Shown here: positions 37,160 through 46,368 of the stretch, one piece after another
Numbering within the stretch: position 1 is the first letter of the stretch
Layout of the letters: each line of letters starts with the position of its first letter
Virus record (IMG/VR): IMGVR_UViG_3300031088_000776
Direction: 5' to 3' (one strand)
Origin: a virus
Taxonomy: Duplodnaviria; Heunggongvirae; Uroviricota; Caudoviricetes
DNA: 64,000 nt
Notes under the pieces: model-generated
What the model was told of the DNA's origin: nothing
The model's input: only the letters and a program-made list of their open reading frames with translations
Database searches by the model: none
Program-made: the position numbers and the translations under genes

Positions 37160-39499
37160 TTGTCTAAAAGAAGTAGAAGAAAAGAAGCAGAAGAAGAGTC
37201 ATTCATTGACTTCTTCTCAGATAAAGCTCTCGTAGTTGAAGAATATAAAGAAAAGAAAACTTTCAGCAAAAACCTTAAAGCAGTTGCTGGCTTTCTTTCA
37301 CTATCAGTAATTCTCGGTTTAATCGTGACTATATACCCTATCATGGGGTTAAGTGCAGCGGCTAAGGTTGCTGAACCAATTGCTAAATATTGGAAAGACC
37401 TACCTTCAGAACTTGGCGAGACTTCAATCGCTGAAAGAAACGTTCTTTATGATAAGAATGGTAATATATTTGCGGAGGTTTGGGCTGAAGACCGCGTTCA
37501 GCTAAACTCCTTAGATGAAATTAGCGATTATGCTAAAAATGGTCTTATTGCGACTGAAGATAAGAGGTTCTATGAGCATGCTGGAATTGACTTCATAGGT
37601 ACGGCTCGATCAGCAATTTCGGGCTCAGGTGGCGGTTCAGGCATCACTCAGCAGCTTATCAAAAACTTGCAATTCTATGATCAAGCAGGTAAGGAAAAGA
37701 AAGCTGATGCGATTGAGCATTCATTATCAAGAAAGCTACAAGAATTAAAATACTCTATGGAGTACGAGAAGAGTCATTCTAAAGATGAAATACTTCTTGA
37801 ATATTTCAATACAGTAGCTTTTGGTGGCCCTAATACATATTCTATTGAAGCCGCTTCCCAATACTTCTTCGGAAAATCTGCTAAAAAGTTAGACCTTGCT
37901 GAGGCTTCAGCTCTCATTGGCACGGCAAACAATCCAGTTCTATTTAACCTTAAGCATACTGACGATGATGCACGGTGGAAAGACAGGCAGAAAGCTGTTC
38001 TAGATCGGATGGTAGCTGAAGGGCACATTACATCTGAAGAAGCTAAAAAGGCTGCAAAACAAAAACTTAAAATAGTCTTAAAAAAGTCACGTGGTAATTG
38101 TACTTCAAGCGAATATCCTTTTTACTGTGAGTATGTTATTGATTATTTAACCGACTCTGAAAAACTTGGTGAAGCTGCTGAGGAACGCGCTGCAGTTATC
38201 GCTAAGGGCGGTCTTCACATTAAGACTCATATGGACCCCGCTGCAATGGATCAAATTGATAAGAAACTTGAAGCAGAATTTGGGAACAACAATAGAGTTG
38301 TAGCACCTGTCGCCTTAGTCGAAGCTGGAACAGGCGGAGTCACTGCATTTGGTGTTAATAGAGATTACGGTGAAGGAAAAGGTAAGACTGTAATCAATGT
38401 TGCTAATAATCCCGCAGCAACGGGTTCAGCATATAAGGTATTCACTCTAGCAGCTGCTTTAAATTCTGGAAGAACAGAGTCTAGCTTAACTTTTGATGCA
38501 CCGTGTGTTTTTGCTCCTCAGGGTTATGATTATCCTAATAGCGGTTTTAAGAACTCTCAAGGTTGCGGTAAGCAGGCCGGTGTTCTAAACTATCAGCAAG
38601 CAACGGCTTACTCTTCTAACACTTGGTATACTAAATTAGCCACACAAATTGGATTAGATAAAGTTTACGACATTAGTCGGCAGTTGAATCTTAATGTCCC
38701 TGAAAACCTAACTAATAGAAGTCTTTCATTTGTTCTAGGTCCTGTTGAGAACTCTCCTATTGACATGGCAGCGGCATATGCTACATTTACTAATAAGGGA
38801 GTCTTCTGTCCAGCAACGCCCATTGAAGAATACCATTATTCTGATGGATCAGTTCCTGCGGTACCAGATACATACAGACCTGAAGATGATTCTTGTAAGC
38901 GTGTAACTTCACCAGCTACAGCTAGTACTGTATTAAAGGCTATGCGAGCAAATACTTATGGCGATGGAATTCCTGGTGCTTTTGGTACTCAAGGTCGAAT
39001 TAGTGGTTATGACTCTGTAGGTAAGTCTGGTACTAACCAGAGATATAATTACACTCAGGGTCAAGTCTCCGCTGATTATGGATTCTTTATTGACATTTAC
39101 GATATGGATAAAGTAAATAGAGGGGTTTATCAGAATAGTTATTATAGAGGTCAATTATGGCCTTACAACTACTCCGCTAAAGCGACTTCTTCAATCTTTG
39201 GGTCAGTTTTGAAAATGGGTAAGAATAAGAGTCTAGATTTCAACAATAAAGACACTTCATTCACTCCAGTGGAAATTGAAAAGAGAGATTATTTTACGAT
39301 TCCTTCAGTTCTTGGTATGACTGCTGAACAAGCAATGGATGCTATGTCTTCTATTGGCATACCCGTCTACGTCAGTAAGGAAACTGTAAAGGCTGATGGA
39401 CAATTCCCTGTCGGGGTCATTGGTGAGCAATCAATTTCCCCAGGCGAGGAGTTACCAGTTGGCACTAAGAAAGAAATTGTTCTTTACATAACTGAATAG
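37160..39499 (+). CDS. class A penicillin-binding protein (GT51 transglycosylase plus transpeptidase) with a C-terminal PASTA domain
   Basis: N-terminal TM helix. GT51 motif IATEDKRFYEHAGIDF. Transpeptidase motifs GSAYK (SxxK), SSN (SxN) and KSG. The C-terminal segment IPSVLGMTAEQAMDAMSSIGIPVYV is PASTA-like. Confidence 0.8.
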   Translation: MSKRSRRKEAEEESFIDFFSDKALVVEEYKEKKTFSKNLKAVAGFLSLSVILGLIVTIYPIMGLSAAAKVAEPIAKYWKDLPSELGETSIAERNVLYDKNGNIFAEVWAEDRVQLNSLDEISDYAKNGLIATEDKRFYEHAGIDFIGTARSAISGSGGGSGITQQLIKNLQFYDQAGKEKKADAIEHSLSRKLQELKYSMEYEKSHSKDEILLEYFNTVAFGGPNTYSIEAASQYFFGKSAKKLDLAEASALIGTANNPVLFNLKHTDDDARWKDRQKAVLDRMVAEGHITSEEAKKAAKQKLKIVLKKSRGNCTSSEYPFYCEYVIDYLTDSEKLGEAAEERAAVIAKGGLHIKTHMDPAAMDQIDKKLEAEFGNNNRVVAPVALVEAGTGGVTAFGVNRDYGEGKGKTVINVANNPAATGSAYKVFTLAAALNSGRTESSLTFDAPCVFAPQGYDYPNSGFKNSQGCGKQAGVLNYQQATAYSSNTWYTKLATQIGLDKVYDISRQLNLNVPENLTNRSLSFVLGPVENSPIDMAAAYATFTNKGVFCPATPIEEYHYSDGSVPAVPDTYRPEDDSCKRVTSPATASTVLKAMRANTYGDGIPGAFGTQGRISGYDSVGKSGTNQRYNYTQGQVSADYGFFIDIYDMDKVNRGVYQNSYYRGQLWPYNYSAKATSSIFGSVLKMGKNKSLDFNNKDTSFTPVEIEKRDYFTIPSVLGMTAEQAMDAMSSIGIPVYVSKETVKADGQFPVGVIGEQSISPGEELPVGTKKEIVLYITE

Positions 39500-39511
39500 T
39501 CTTAAATATAG

Positions 39512-39590
39512 ACAGCGAGATACTGCAGTCAAACAAGCGTAGCCTTTAAAGAGGTTAGTTTATTGTTTGACTGCAGTATCGCTGTTTAAA
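39512..39590 (+). terminator. long hairpin terminator
   Basis: acagcgagatactgcagtcaaacaa ... ttgtttgactgcagtatcgctgt (stem of about 23 bp), then ttaaa. Confidence 0.65.
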
Positions 39591-39651
39591 CTGTAAAAAG
39601 TTGGTAAAATAAATAAAAGTAAAATAAACAATCTATGGAGGGATAAAGACT

Positions 39652-40215
39652 ATGTCTGAATTTCAAGATTTTATGAAAGATGTTGACTCTAAAGTAGAGG
39701 GATATCTCAAAGCAAAGAAAGAACTGGAAGAGGCTAAAAGAAATCTTGACAGTTTTCTAGATAGCGCGAAGATTCTATCTACTAAAATTTCAGGAATGCT
39801 TTCTGAAGATTCGACTGAAAGCGAAGCAGAGCCTAAAGAGGTTAAACCCTCAAAGCCTGTTAAGGCTAAAGAAGAAAAGCCCTCTAAGGAAGAACCTGAG
39901 GTAGTTTCTGAACCTGAGGTTTCAATTGAAGATGAAGCTATTGAAGAGAAGCCATCTAAAGAAAAAGTTGCCCCCAAAAAACCTGCGAAAAAAGTAGAGC
40001 CTGAAAAAGTTGTTGAAACTAAGTCTGAAGAATCAAACAAATCTGAAGAAAGTTCGGTAAAACATACTAAGGACGAAAAGATCGCTGATTTAGACGATTC
40101 TCTTGATGTTGAGTTCGATAACATGTTCAGCGATGACGAGCTCTCAGGATTAGGCTTAGACTTTAGCCTTGATGCCGAATTAGGCGATTCTGACGTAGAT
40201 AATATTGAACTTTAA
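39652..40215 (+). CDS. acidic low-complexity protein (KPSK/EE repeats)
   Basis: 187 aa rich in Glu, Lys, Pro and Ser. Confidence 0.5.
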   Translation: MSEFQDFMKDVDSKVEGYLKAKKELEEAKRNLDSFLDSAKILSTKISGMLSEDSTESEAEPKEVKPSKPVKAKEEKPSKEEPEVVSEPEVSIEDEAIEEKPSKEKVAPKKPAKKVEPEKVVETKSEESNKSEESSVKHTKDEKIADLDDSLDVEFDNMFSDDELSGLGLDFSLDAELGDSDVDNIEL

Positions 40216-40241
40216 GAAAGAATGATAGGAATATAAGAAAT

Positions 40242-41486
40242 ATGAAACTAACACTTGATTCAAAGGCTTTTGTTGAAGCAGTAGCCTGGGTTACTAAAAA
40301 TTACGACGCTAAAGACACTAAAGCATATGTGTCACTTTCTGTAGCGGAAGACGGAAAAGCTATCGTCTCACATGAAAGCCGTAGCTCATACATTCAAACT
40401 GAACTAGCCTTGATTAACACTGATTTCACAGGTGATTCTGTAAATAAAGCTGATCTCGCACTTGATGGTCGATTCCTTCAGCGTCTTTCAGGGGCCTTGA
40501 GTGGCACTTCAGGCGAGATCGTTCTTTCAAAGAAGCTTGATGATAATAAGACCGTAGATGATATGGATGACTTTGAAGACGAAGATTCACATGAGGAGAT
40601 TGTAGGCAAGAGTACTCCGCTACAAGTCAAGACTAGCTCAGGTACATTCACTGTGCCAGTATTCCACGCTGCACCTTCAAAGCAGCCGAAAATTGTCGAA
40701 TTTGGTGAAGTTCTAGAAGTTGAGCTATTCGATTCACTTCAGCGCGTAGCAAAACTGACTGACGTAGCTAATGCTAGCGTTCTTCCGGCTCTGGGATGTG
40801 TAGACATTAGACTGTCTGCTGAGGATGAAACTCTCTCAATGATGACTACAGACCGATTTGCTATGAGTGAGATTACTCTTGATTTTGCGCCGACTGATAA
40901 TGGAGAGCTAGAAAACCATAACATTGATATTCTGCTTCCTTATGATAGTGCTATCACTGTTCCAGCATCTAAAAATACTGGTGATTCAGTAAAGGTCGTT
41001 TACGCGCCTAAGACAAAGAAATTCGGCTTCTCTTTCACCGATGGTCGAATTGCACTATTCTCTCTTGAAAGCGCAGATCCGCTAGAATACAAGCCACTCA
41101 TCGAACACGCTAACGAAACTGTTGAGCATTCAATGATTGTCTCAACTAACGATCTTAAGAAAGCAGTTGCTAACGTATCTAATCTTTCTTGGGAAGAAAA
41201 TATGATTTGGATGAATATTTCTGAATCAGGTGATCTTACGGTTACAGATCAGCATCAGACTAACGTTCAGAAAGTTGAAGGTACTGACGCTGAAATTGAG
41301 GGTGACTTCAGAGTTTCTTTCAACCGTGCAGTACTAAACAAGGCATTTAGCCCAATTAGCACTTCACGAGTTCAGCTCCGCTGGTTGAATGAATCAAAGC
41401 AATTCTGCTTTAGCTTAGTTCTTGATGATGACACAATTGCTGATAATGTATTTATTCTAGTACAGCCTTCAGTAGAAAACGACTAA
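40242..41486 (+). CDS. DNA polymerase sliding clamp (beta-clamp-like)
   Basis: The N-terminus MKLTLDSKAFVEAVAWVTK...LSVAEDGKAIVSHESRSSYIQTEL follows the DnaN pattern of MKFtveR..L...vs, ....L.L..dg.l.l.gtD.e. Confidence 0.45.
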   Translation: MKLTLDSKAFVEAVAWVTKNYDAKDTKAYVSLSVAEDGKAIVSHESRSSYIQTELALINTDFTGDSVNKADLALDGRFLQRLSGALSGTSGEIVLSKKLDDNKTVDDMDDFEDEDSHEEIVGKSTPLQVKTSSGTFTVPVFHAAPSKQPKIVEFGEVLEVELFDSLQRVAKLTDVANASVLPALGCVDIRLSAEDETLSMMTTDRFAMSEITLDFAPTDNGELENHNIDILLPYDSAITVPASKNTGDSVKVVYAPKTKKFGFSFTDGRIALFSLESADPLEYKPLIEHANETVEHSMIVSTNDLKKAVANVSNLSWEENMIWMNISESGDLTVTDQHQTNVQKVEGTDAEIEGDFRVSFNRAVLNKAFSPISTSRVQLRWLNESKQFCFSLVLDDDTIADNVFILVQPSVEND

Positions 41487-41508
41487 TAACTCTTAGGAGC
41501 TTAAAATA

Positions 41509-42195
41509 ATGGAGCCAATGGTTCTTGAATCTTTACTAATTTTTGCCGCATCTCTTTTAATTCCGGCAGGCTTACTTATACTCTCACTTAAAAGAAAGCC
41601 AGTATGGGTTCCTGAAGGACCATTGGCTCCATTCTGGTCTAAATTAAACTATTTTAGTTTCGGCCTTTCAGCTTTAGTTTCAGCTTTGGTAGTTATCTTT
41701 TATAAAGATTATGCATTCACTTTTAAAGGATTAGTGGCTTTAACTGTAGCGCCTTATGCCTACATATTTCTTCAAACTCTTTTTACAGACTTTAAGCAAA
41801 GGCTAGCTGACAGAAGAATCTTAAATATTAGCATTGTATTTTCAGCGATATTAGGGATAATTTTCTTAAATCATTATAATTATCCTGATCTAGTCAACTT
41901 TGTTCTATTCTTTATTTTTACTGCAATACTATTCTTTATCCCGTCAATTGGTGAGTCCGATACTCGAGCCTTAGCCTTGACATTGTCTGTAGCTTATCCT
42001 ATTATTGGTCTAACTGGAATTAAGCTTGCATTAATATTATTCTTCCCGCTTCTTATTAGTTATTTTATTTATTTAGCAATAAAGAATAAGAACTTTAAAG
42101 CTGCTTTTGCTGCTCGAGTCTCTATTCCTATGGTCCCTTTTATAATTCTACCCGCACTTCTTCTTGTAGTTTCATATCCGTTTATGAGCTTTTAA
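41509..42195 (+). CDS. polytopic membrane protein
   Basis: At least six predicted TM helices. Confidence 0.5.
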   Translation: MEPMVLESLLIFAASLLIPAGLLILSLKRKPVWVPEGPLAPFWSKLNYFSFGLSALVSALVVIFYKDYAFTFKGLVALTVAPYAYIFLQTLFTDFKQRLADRRILNISIVFSAILGIIFLNHYNYPDLVNFVLFFIFTAILFFIPSIGESDTRALALTLSVAYPIIGLTGIKLALILFFPLLISYFIYLAIKNKNFKAAFAARVSIPMVPFIILPALLLVVSYPFMSF

Positions 42196-42266
42196 GAAGA
42201 AATAATCTCGCTTTAACGAAAGTAGCGATATTCTCTAAATAACACGCTCCAACGTAAGGAAAACAA

Positions 42267-43157
42267 ATGTCTGACATTCTTGATAGCATTGACGATATTC
42301 TAGATGGCGAGACTGATGAAGATTTAGTCTCAGGCGAAATTCTAGATGACAGCGAAGATTTTTCTGAAGACTTCGATCTAGACAATATTGAAGCACCAGC
42401 AATGGATTCAGATGAAGCCCAGGAGATTACTGAGGCGATTAGAGCTTCAGCAACGGCAACATACATTCTTTTAGCCCAAGCCCATGCTGGTAAAGCATAT
42501 AAAGCTCTAGGTTATAGTACTTGGGCTGACTATGTAAACGAAGAATTCTCTATATCTTCATCCCGTAGCTATCAGCTTTTAGATCTTTCTAAAGCTGTTA
42601 AAATGATTGAAGAAGCTTCACCTGAGGGTACTGAAGTCAAATTGACTGAAGCGCAGGCCCGTGGAATTAAGAAAGAACTTCCAAGAATTACAGAACAAAT
42701 CAAGGAAGCCACTAAGGATAAGAGCCCTACTGAGGCTGCTGAAATGATTGACGAAATCATTGACGAAGCTAGAGAGCAGAGAAAAGCTGACGAGAAGGTA
42801 ACTAAAGAAAAGCAAGCTAAAATTGATGAAGCTGCTGAAGATGGTTACCGAGCAGGACTTGAAGCTGCTGCAGACGCATTCCTTGAAGAGAATGGCGGTA
42901 AGTATGACAAAGACGATGATGACGATGATTCTAGCGAAGACTATGGTTCGTCTGAAGGCGGCGCAACTATAACTGCTCAAGACTCTATGGATATTTACAA
43001 TTTCTTAAGTGTTCTTACTGGGATTACATCACTGCCTGAACCTGAGAGACTACTCCGAATCATTCCAGACGAAAGAATGACTGAGGTCGGTAATCAGTTG
43101 GATGAAGCAGTAAAATGGTTCACAAATTTCAAAACTGTTTGGGATGAACAAGAATAA
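42267..43157 (+). CDS. highly acidic protein
   Basis: 296 aa, rich in Asp and Glu. Confidence 0.5.
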   Translation: MSDILDSIDDILDGETDEDLVSGEILDDSEDFSEDFDLDNIEAPAMDSDEAQEITEAIRASATATYILLAQAHAGKAYKALGYSTWADYVNEEFSISSSRSYQLLDLSKAVKMIEEASPEGTEVKLTEAQARGIKKELPRITEQIKEATKDKSPTEAAEMIDEIIDEAREQRKADEKVTKEKQAKIDEAAEDGYRAGLEAAADAFLEENGGKYDKDDDDDDSSEDYGSSEGGATITAQDSMDIYNFLSVLTGITSLPEPERLLRIIPDERMTEVGNQLDEAVKWFTNFKTVWDEQE

Positions 43158-43226
43158 TCTAGAATTATTTGGTAAGATTGTAGTGAACAAAAAAATGTAA
43201 GCTTTTTGAAAGACGGGGTTTTATTT

Positions 43227-45248
43227 ATGACTAACAATCTTACCAACCTAGATAGCACTAATTTTGACCTAGATGAGGTTGATTCAATCGCCCCGCATAA
43301 GATCAGAATTCTTGAAGAAATTGCGAAATCAAAAAAGATCGCATATAAAGAATTTCCTGAAGCTGTGAGGGAGTCGCTCGATGAGATGGCTATGAGTTTG
43401 CTAGATAACCATGCTGGCAGACTTATGATCATTGGTTATGAGCGCGTAGGTAAGTCATTTCTTATTGAGCAGCTAGCCTTCAATAAGTCTGTATTTATTG
43501 AAAAAACCGGTCGAGATAATCTAACTTTTATTGTAATCAATGAATCAGAACTACGTTCTATTGATAAGACTTTTGAAAGCTGGGCAGACTATCTAGGATA
43601 TGTTGAAAGCATTACCGGCGCAACTGAAGAGACAATTTGTTTCGTAACCAGCGATGCATATGTTGCTAAAGAACTTTCAGAAATTTCTATCAACAGTAAA
43701 ATTATTCTTGAGACTAGCATTAATACAATCAGTAATCTTCTTGCCTCAGAATTTGAGGGCGAGACTAACATGTGGACATCTTGGGATGCACATGACGCTA
43801 ACTTTGTCTACATGAAGAAGCCTGAACTAATTAAAATGCTAAATGCGAGCATTCTACCTCTAGTGATTGAATCATACGGTAACATTCTTAACGAAAAGAA
43901 AATTGAAAACTTCGTTAATATTATTCTTCAAGAGGTTCCAATCACAGTTCAGGATAAGGTTATTTATGCACCAGCAGGTCTATTTGCTTTCATGATTAGA
44001 AGACTTGCAGGATACTTAGCTCTAGGTAGCGCATCGGATCTAGTTTCTTCTAAAGGTTCTCCTACATTTGCTAAAACTTCTAAAAAAGTAATTATGGAGT
44101 TCATGAATGTTTTTGACTCTTTCTTGGGTAACTCTAATGGAATGGGTTTCGCAAACTCTATTAGCGAAGCAGATGCTCCAATTGAGGGTGGCCGCCAAAC
44201 TCTTCATATTACTCAAGATGACATTGAAAAACTTATTGAGATTAAAAAAGAACGTGAGCGTATCGAACGTGGAGAACCAAGCCAAGATGACAACTTTGCA
44301 TTCTCTGATATGAGCACACTTGCAGATCGGTTAAAGAAAGAAGTAATCGGCCAAGATGACGCTATTAATAAAGTCGTAGGAAATATGATTATTCCTGCTG
44401 CAGGATTAAATGACCCCGAGAAACCAATTACTAGCTTGCTCCTCTTAGGCCCAACCGGCGTTGGTAAAACTAAAATTGCTCAAACTCTTGCTAAAGAATT
44501 AATGAATAAAGAGCTCAACTTTGTTCGTCTAGATATGTCAGAATATGCTGAAAAGCATACAGCTAACAGACTCTTCGGTTCACCTTCAGGATACATCGGA
44601 CACGATAAAGGTGGAGAGCTCACAAACGCTATCATGGATAAGCCTCATTCAGTCATTCTACTTGATGAAGTAGAGAAAGCTCACCCTCTGATCTGGGACA
44701 GCTTCTTGCAGGTATTCGATGCTGGTCGAATGACAAGTGGTAAAGGCGAAACGGTAGATTTCTCGAAGTCTATTATCATCATGACTAGTAACCTTGGAGC
44801 CCGTGAAGTTTCTAAAAAGAATATGGGATTTGCTGGCGGAACTCTAATGAATAAAGCTTCGAACTACATTGATTCTAAATCAACTGTAATGCAGGCTGTT
44901 GAAGATTATTTCAAGCCTGAAATGCTTAATAGAATTGATGAAATTGTTCTCCTTAATTCACTAGACATGGATACTGCTAAACTGATTGTTCAGAAAGAAT
45001 TGAATATTGTATTTAGTAGAGCTAATTCTGCAGGCTACACTATCAATGAACCTAATAGCGATATTATTGATGTTCTGCTCGAAAAGGCTGACATTAATAA
45101 ATATGGTGCTCGCGAGATTCAGCGTATTATTAAGAACAATCTTTCCGCAGTCTTAGCATCAGCAATGCTTGACGAAAACCGAAAGTCAGACATGATCGAT
45201 TTTGCTATTAGCGAGGAGAACAAGATCATAGTGACTTACGAAAATTAA
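43227..45248 (+). CDS. ClpA/ClpB-family two-domain AAA+ ATPase
   Basis: D1 Walker A GYERVGKS. D2 has VIGQDDAI, LLLGPTGVGKT, ILLDEVEKAH and SNLGA, all Clp/Hsp100 D2 signatures. Confidence 0.75.
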   Translation: MTNNLTNLDSTNFDLDEVDSIAPHKIRILEEIAKSKKIAYKEFPEAVRESLDEMAMSLLDNHAGRLMIIGYERVGKSFLIEQLAFNKSVFIEKTGRDNLTFIVINESELRSIDKTFESWADYLGYVESITGATEETICFVTSDAYVAKELSEISINSKIILETSINTISNLLASEFEGETNMWTSWDAHDANFVYMKKPELIKMLNASILPLVIESYGNILNEKKIENFVNIILQEVPITVQDKVIYAPAGLFAFMIRRLAGYLALGSASDLVSSKGSPTFAKTSKKVIMEFMNVFDSFLGNSNGMGFANSISEADAPIEGGRQTLHITQDDIEKLIEIKKERERIERGEPSQDDNFAFSDMSTLADRLKKEVIGQDDAINKVVGNMIIPAAGLNDPEKPITSLLLLGPTGVGKTKIAQTLAKELMNKELNFVRLDMSEYAEKHTANRLFGSPSGYIGHDKGGELTNAIMDKPHSVILLDEVEKAHPLIWDSFLQVFDAGRMTSGKGETVDFSKSIIIMTSNLGAREVSKKNMGFAGGTLMNKASNYIDSKSTVMQAVEDYFKPEMLNRIDEIVLLNSLDMDTAKLIVQKELNIVFSRANSAGYTINEPNSDIIDVLLEKADINKYGAREIQRIIKNNLSAVLASAMLDENRKSDMIDFAISEENKIIVTYEN

Positions 45249-45267
45249 GATCGGAGACCCTTATAAA

Positions 45268-46368
45268 ATGGCTAAAAAGCATTTTGTAGAAGACAATAAA
45301 GGATCAGGCTTCGCTGTTGAAGGTGGCGGGGATATTGACTCCCTGCTAAGCTTCGCTACAAGTAGCGTTGAAGATGAAGAAGGTGACACTTCGCATTTCT
45401 TCATGGGAATGGAAGGAGCAAGCGAGGAGTCAAAACCTACTGTTACGCCAACCCCTAAAGATGTTGCAGAAAATTCTAAAATTGAAAAAGAAGAATACGA
45501 GCAGCAACCAATCACACTTGAATTAAGTGAAGATGAAGAAGATGAAGCGGATGTTAACTTCGAGCTTGAAGATGAAGAATATTCAGAGGGCGCTTCAAAT
45601 GAAACATTGTCGACTAGCGATCACGAAGAAAGCTACGTTGAACCTGAAGATAATGATCTAAAGGTTGATAGTAAATCTAACGAACGCTGGGATGCTTCAG
45701 ATGAATCCCATAATGAAGGCTTCAATACCACTTCAAGCGAAGAAATCAATAACACTGAATACTATGATGAAGATGAATATTATTCAAGCCCCGTTTCAAA
45801 TAAGCCTCCAAAGAGAGATTCAATGAGAACTATCCAGGAGGAAGATTTCCAGCAAACTTCATCAGTAAAAGAAGTGTCAAATGTAAATGAGGCACCGCAG
45901 CAACACCGAAGATTCAATATCCCAAGTGAGTCTGATCAGATTGACTTCGCACTTAAGGTGATTAATGTTATTGATACATATAGAAGCCTAAAGTCCGATG
46001 AAAAGGCTGTAGTCGAGCAAATTATAACTAATGAGGACGAAACTACAGGGGATGAATCAAGAATTGCTATTAAAGCAATAAATGCGGACCCTATGCTTTC
46101 AATAACTATGAAAAACTTCAGAGAAGCTAAAGAATCTGAAGCAGTTGATAGAGCCTTCTATGTTATCAGTCTACCAGATAATCATTTATTTAGCTTAGGT
46201 AATATGGCTTCAGCATTCACTAATGAATATATTGATGAAAGTCTTGGTAAAATTGAATATGCACGAAAACTAGTTGATGCTATTGCTAAACTTGACAATA
46301 ATGCAGTTAAGTACATTACCTCCACAGAATCTGTACTTGCTGCAGCTTCTGAGGAGAAAAATAAGTAA
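45268..46368 (+). CDS. highly acidic protein
   Basis: 366 aa with an acidic N-terminal half. Confidence 0.5.
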   Translation: MAKKHFVEDNKGSGFAVEGGGDIDSLLSFATSSVEDEEGDTSHFFMGMEGASEESKPTVTPTPKDVAENSKIEKEEYEQQPITLELSEDEEDEADVNFELEDEEYSEGASNETLSTSDHEESYVEPEDNDLKVDSKSNERWDASDESHNEGFNTTSSEEINNTEYYDEDEYYSSPVSNKPPKRDSMRTIQEEDFQQTSSVKEVSNVNEAPQQHRRFNIPSESDQIDFALKVINVIDTYRSLKSDEKAVVEQIITNEDETTGDESRIAIKAINADPMLSITMKNFREAKESEAVDRAFYVISLPDNHLFSLGNMASAFTNEYIDESLGKIEYARKLVDAIAKLDNNAVKYITSTESVLAAASEEKNK

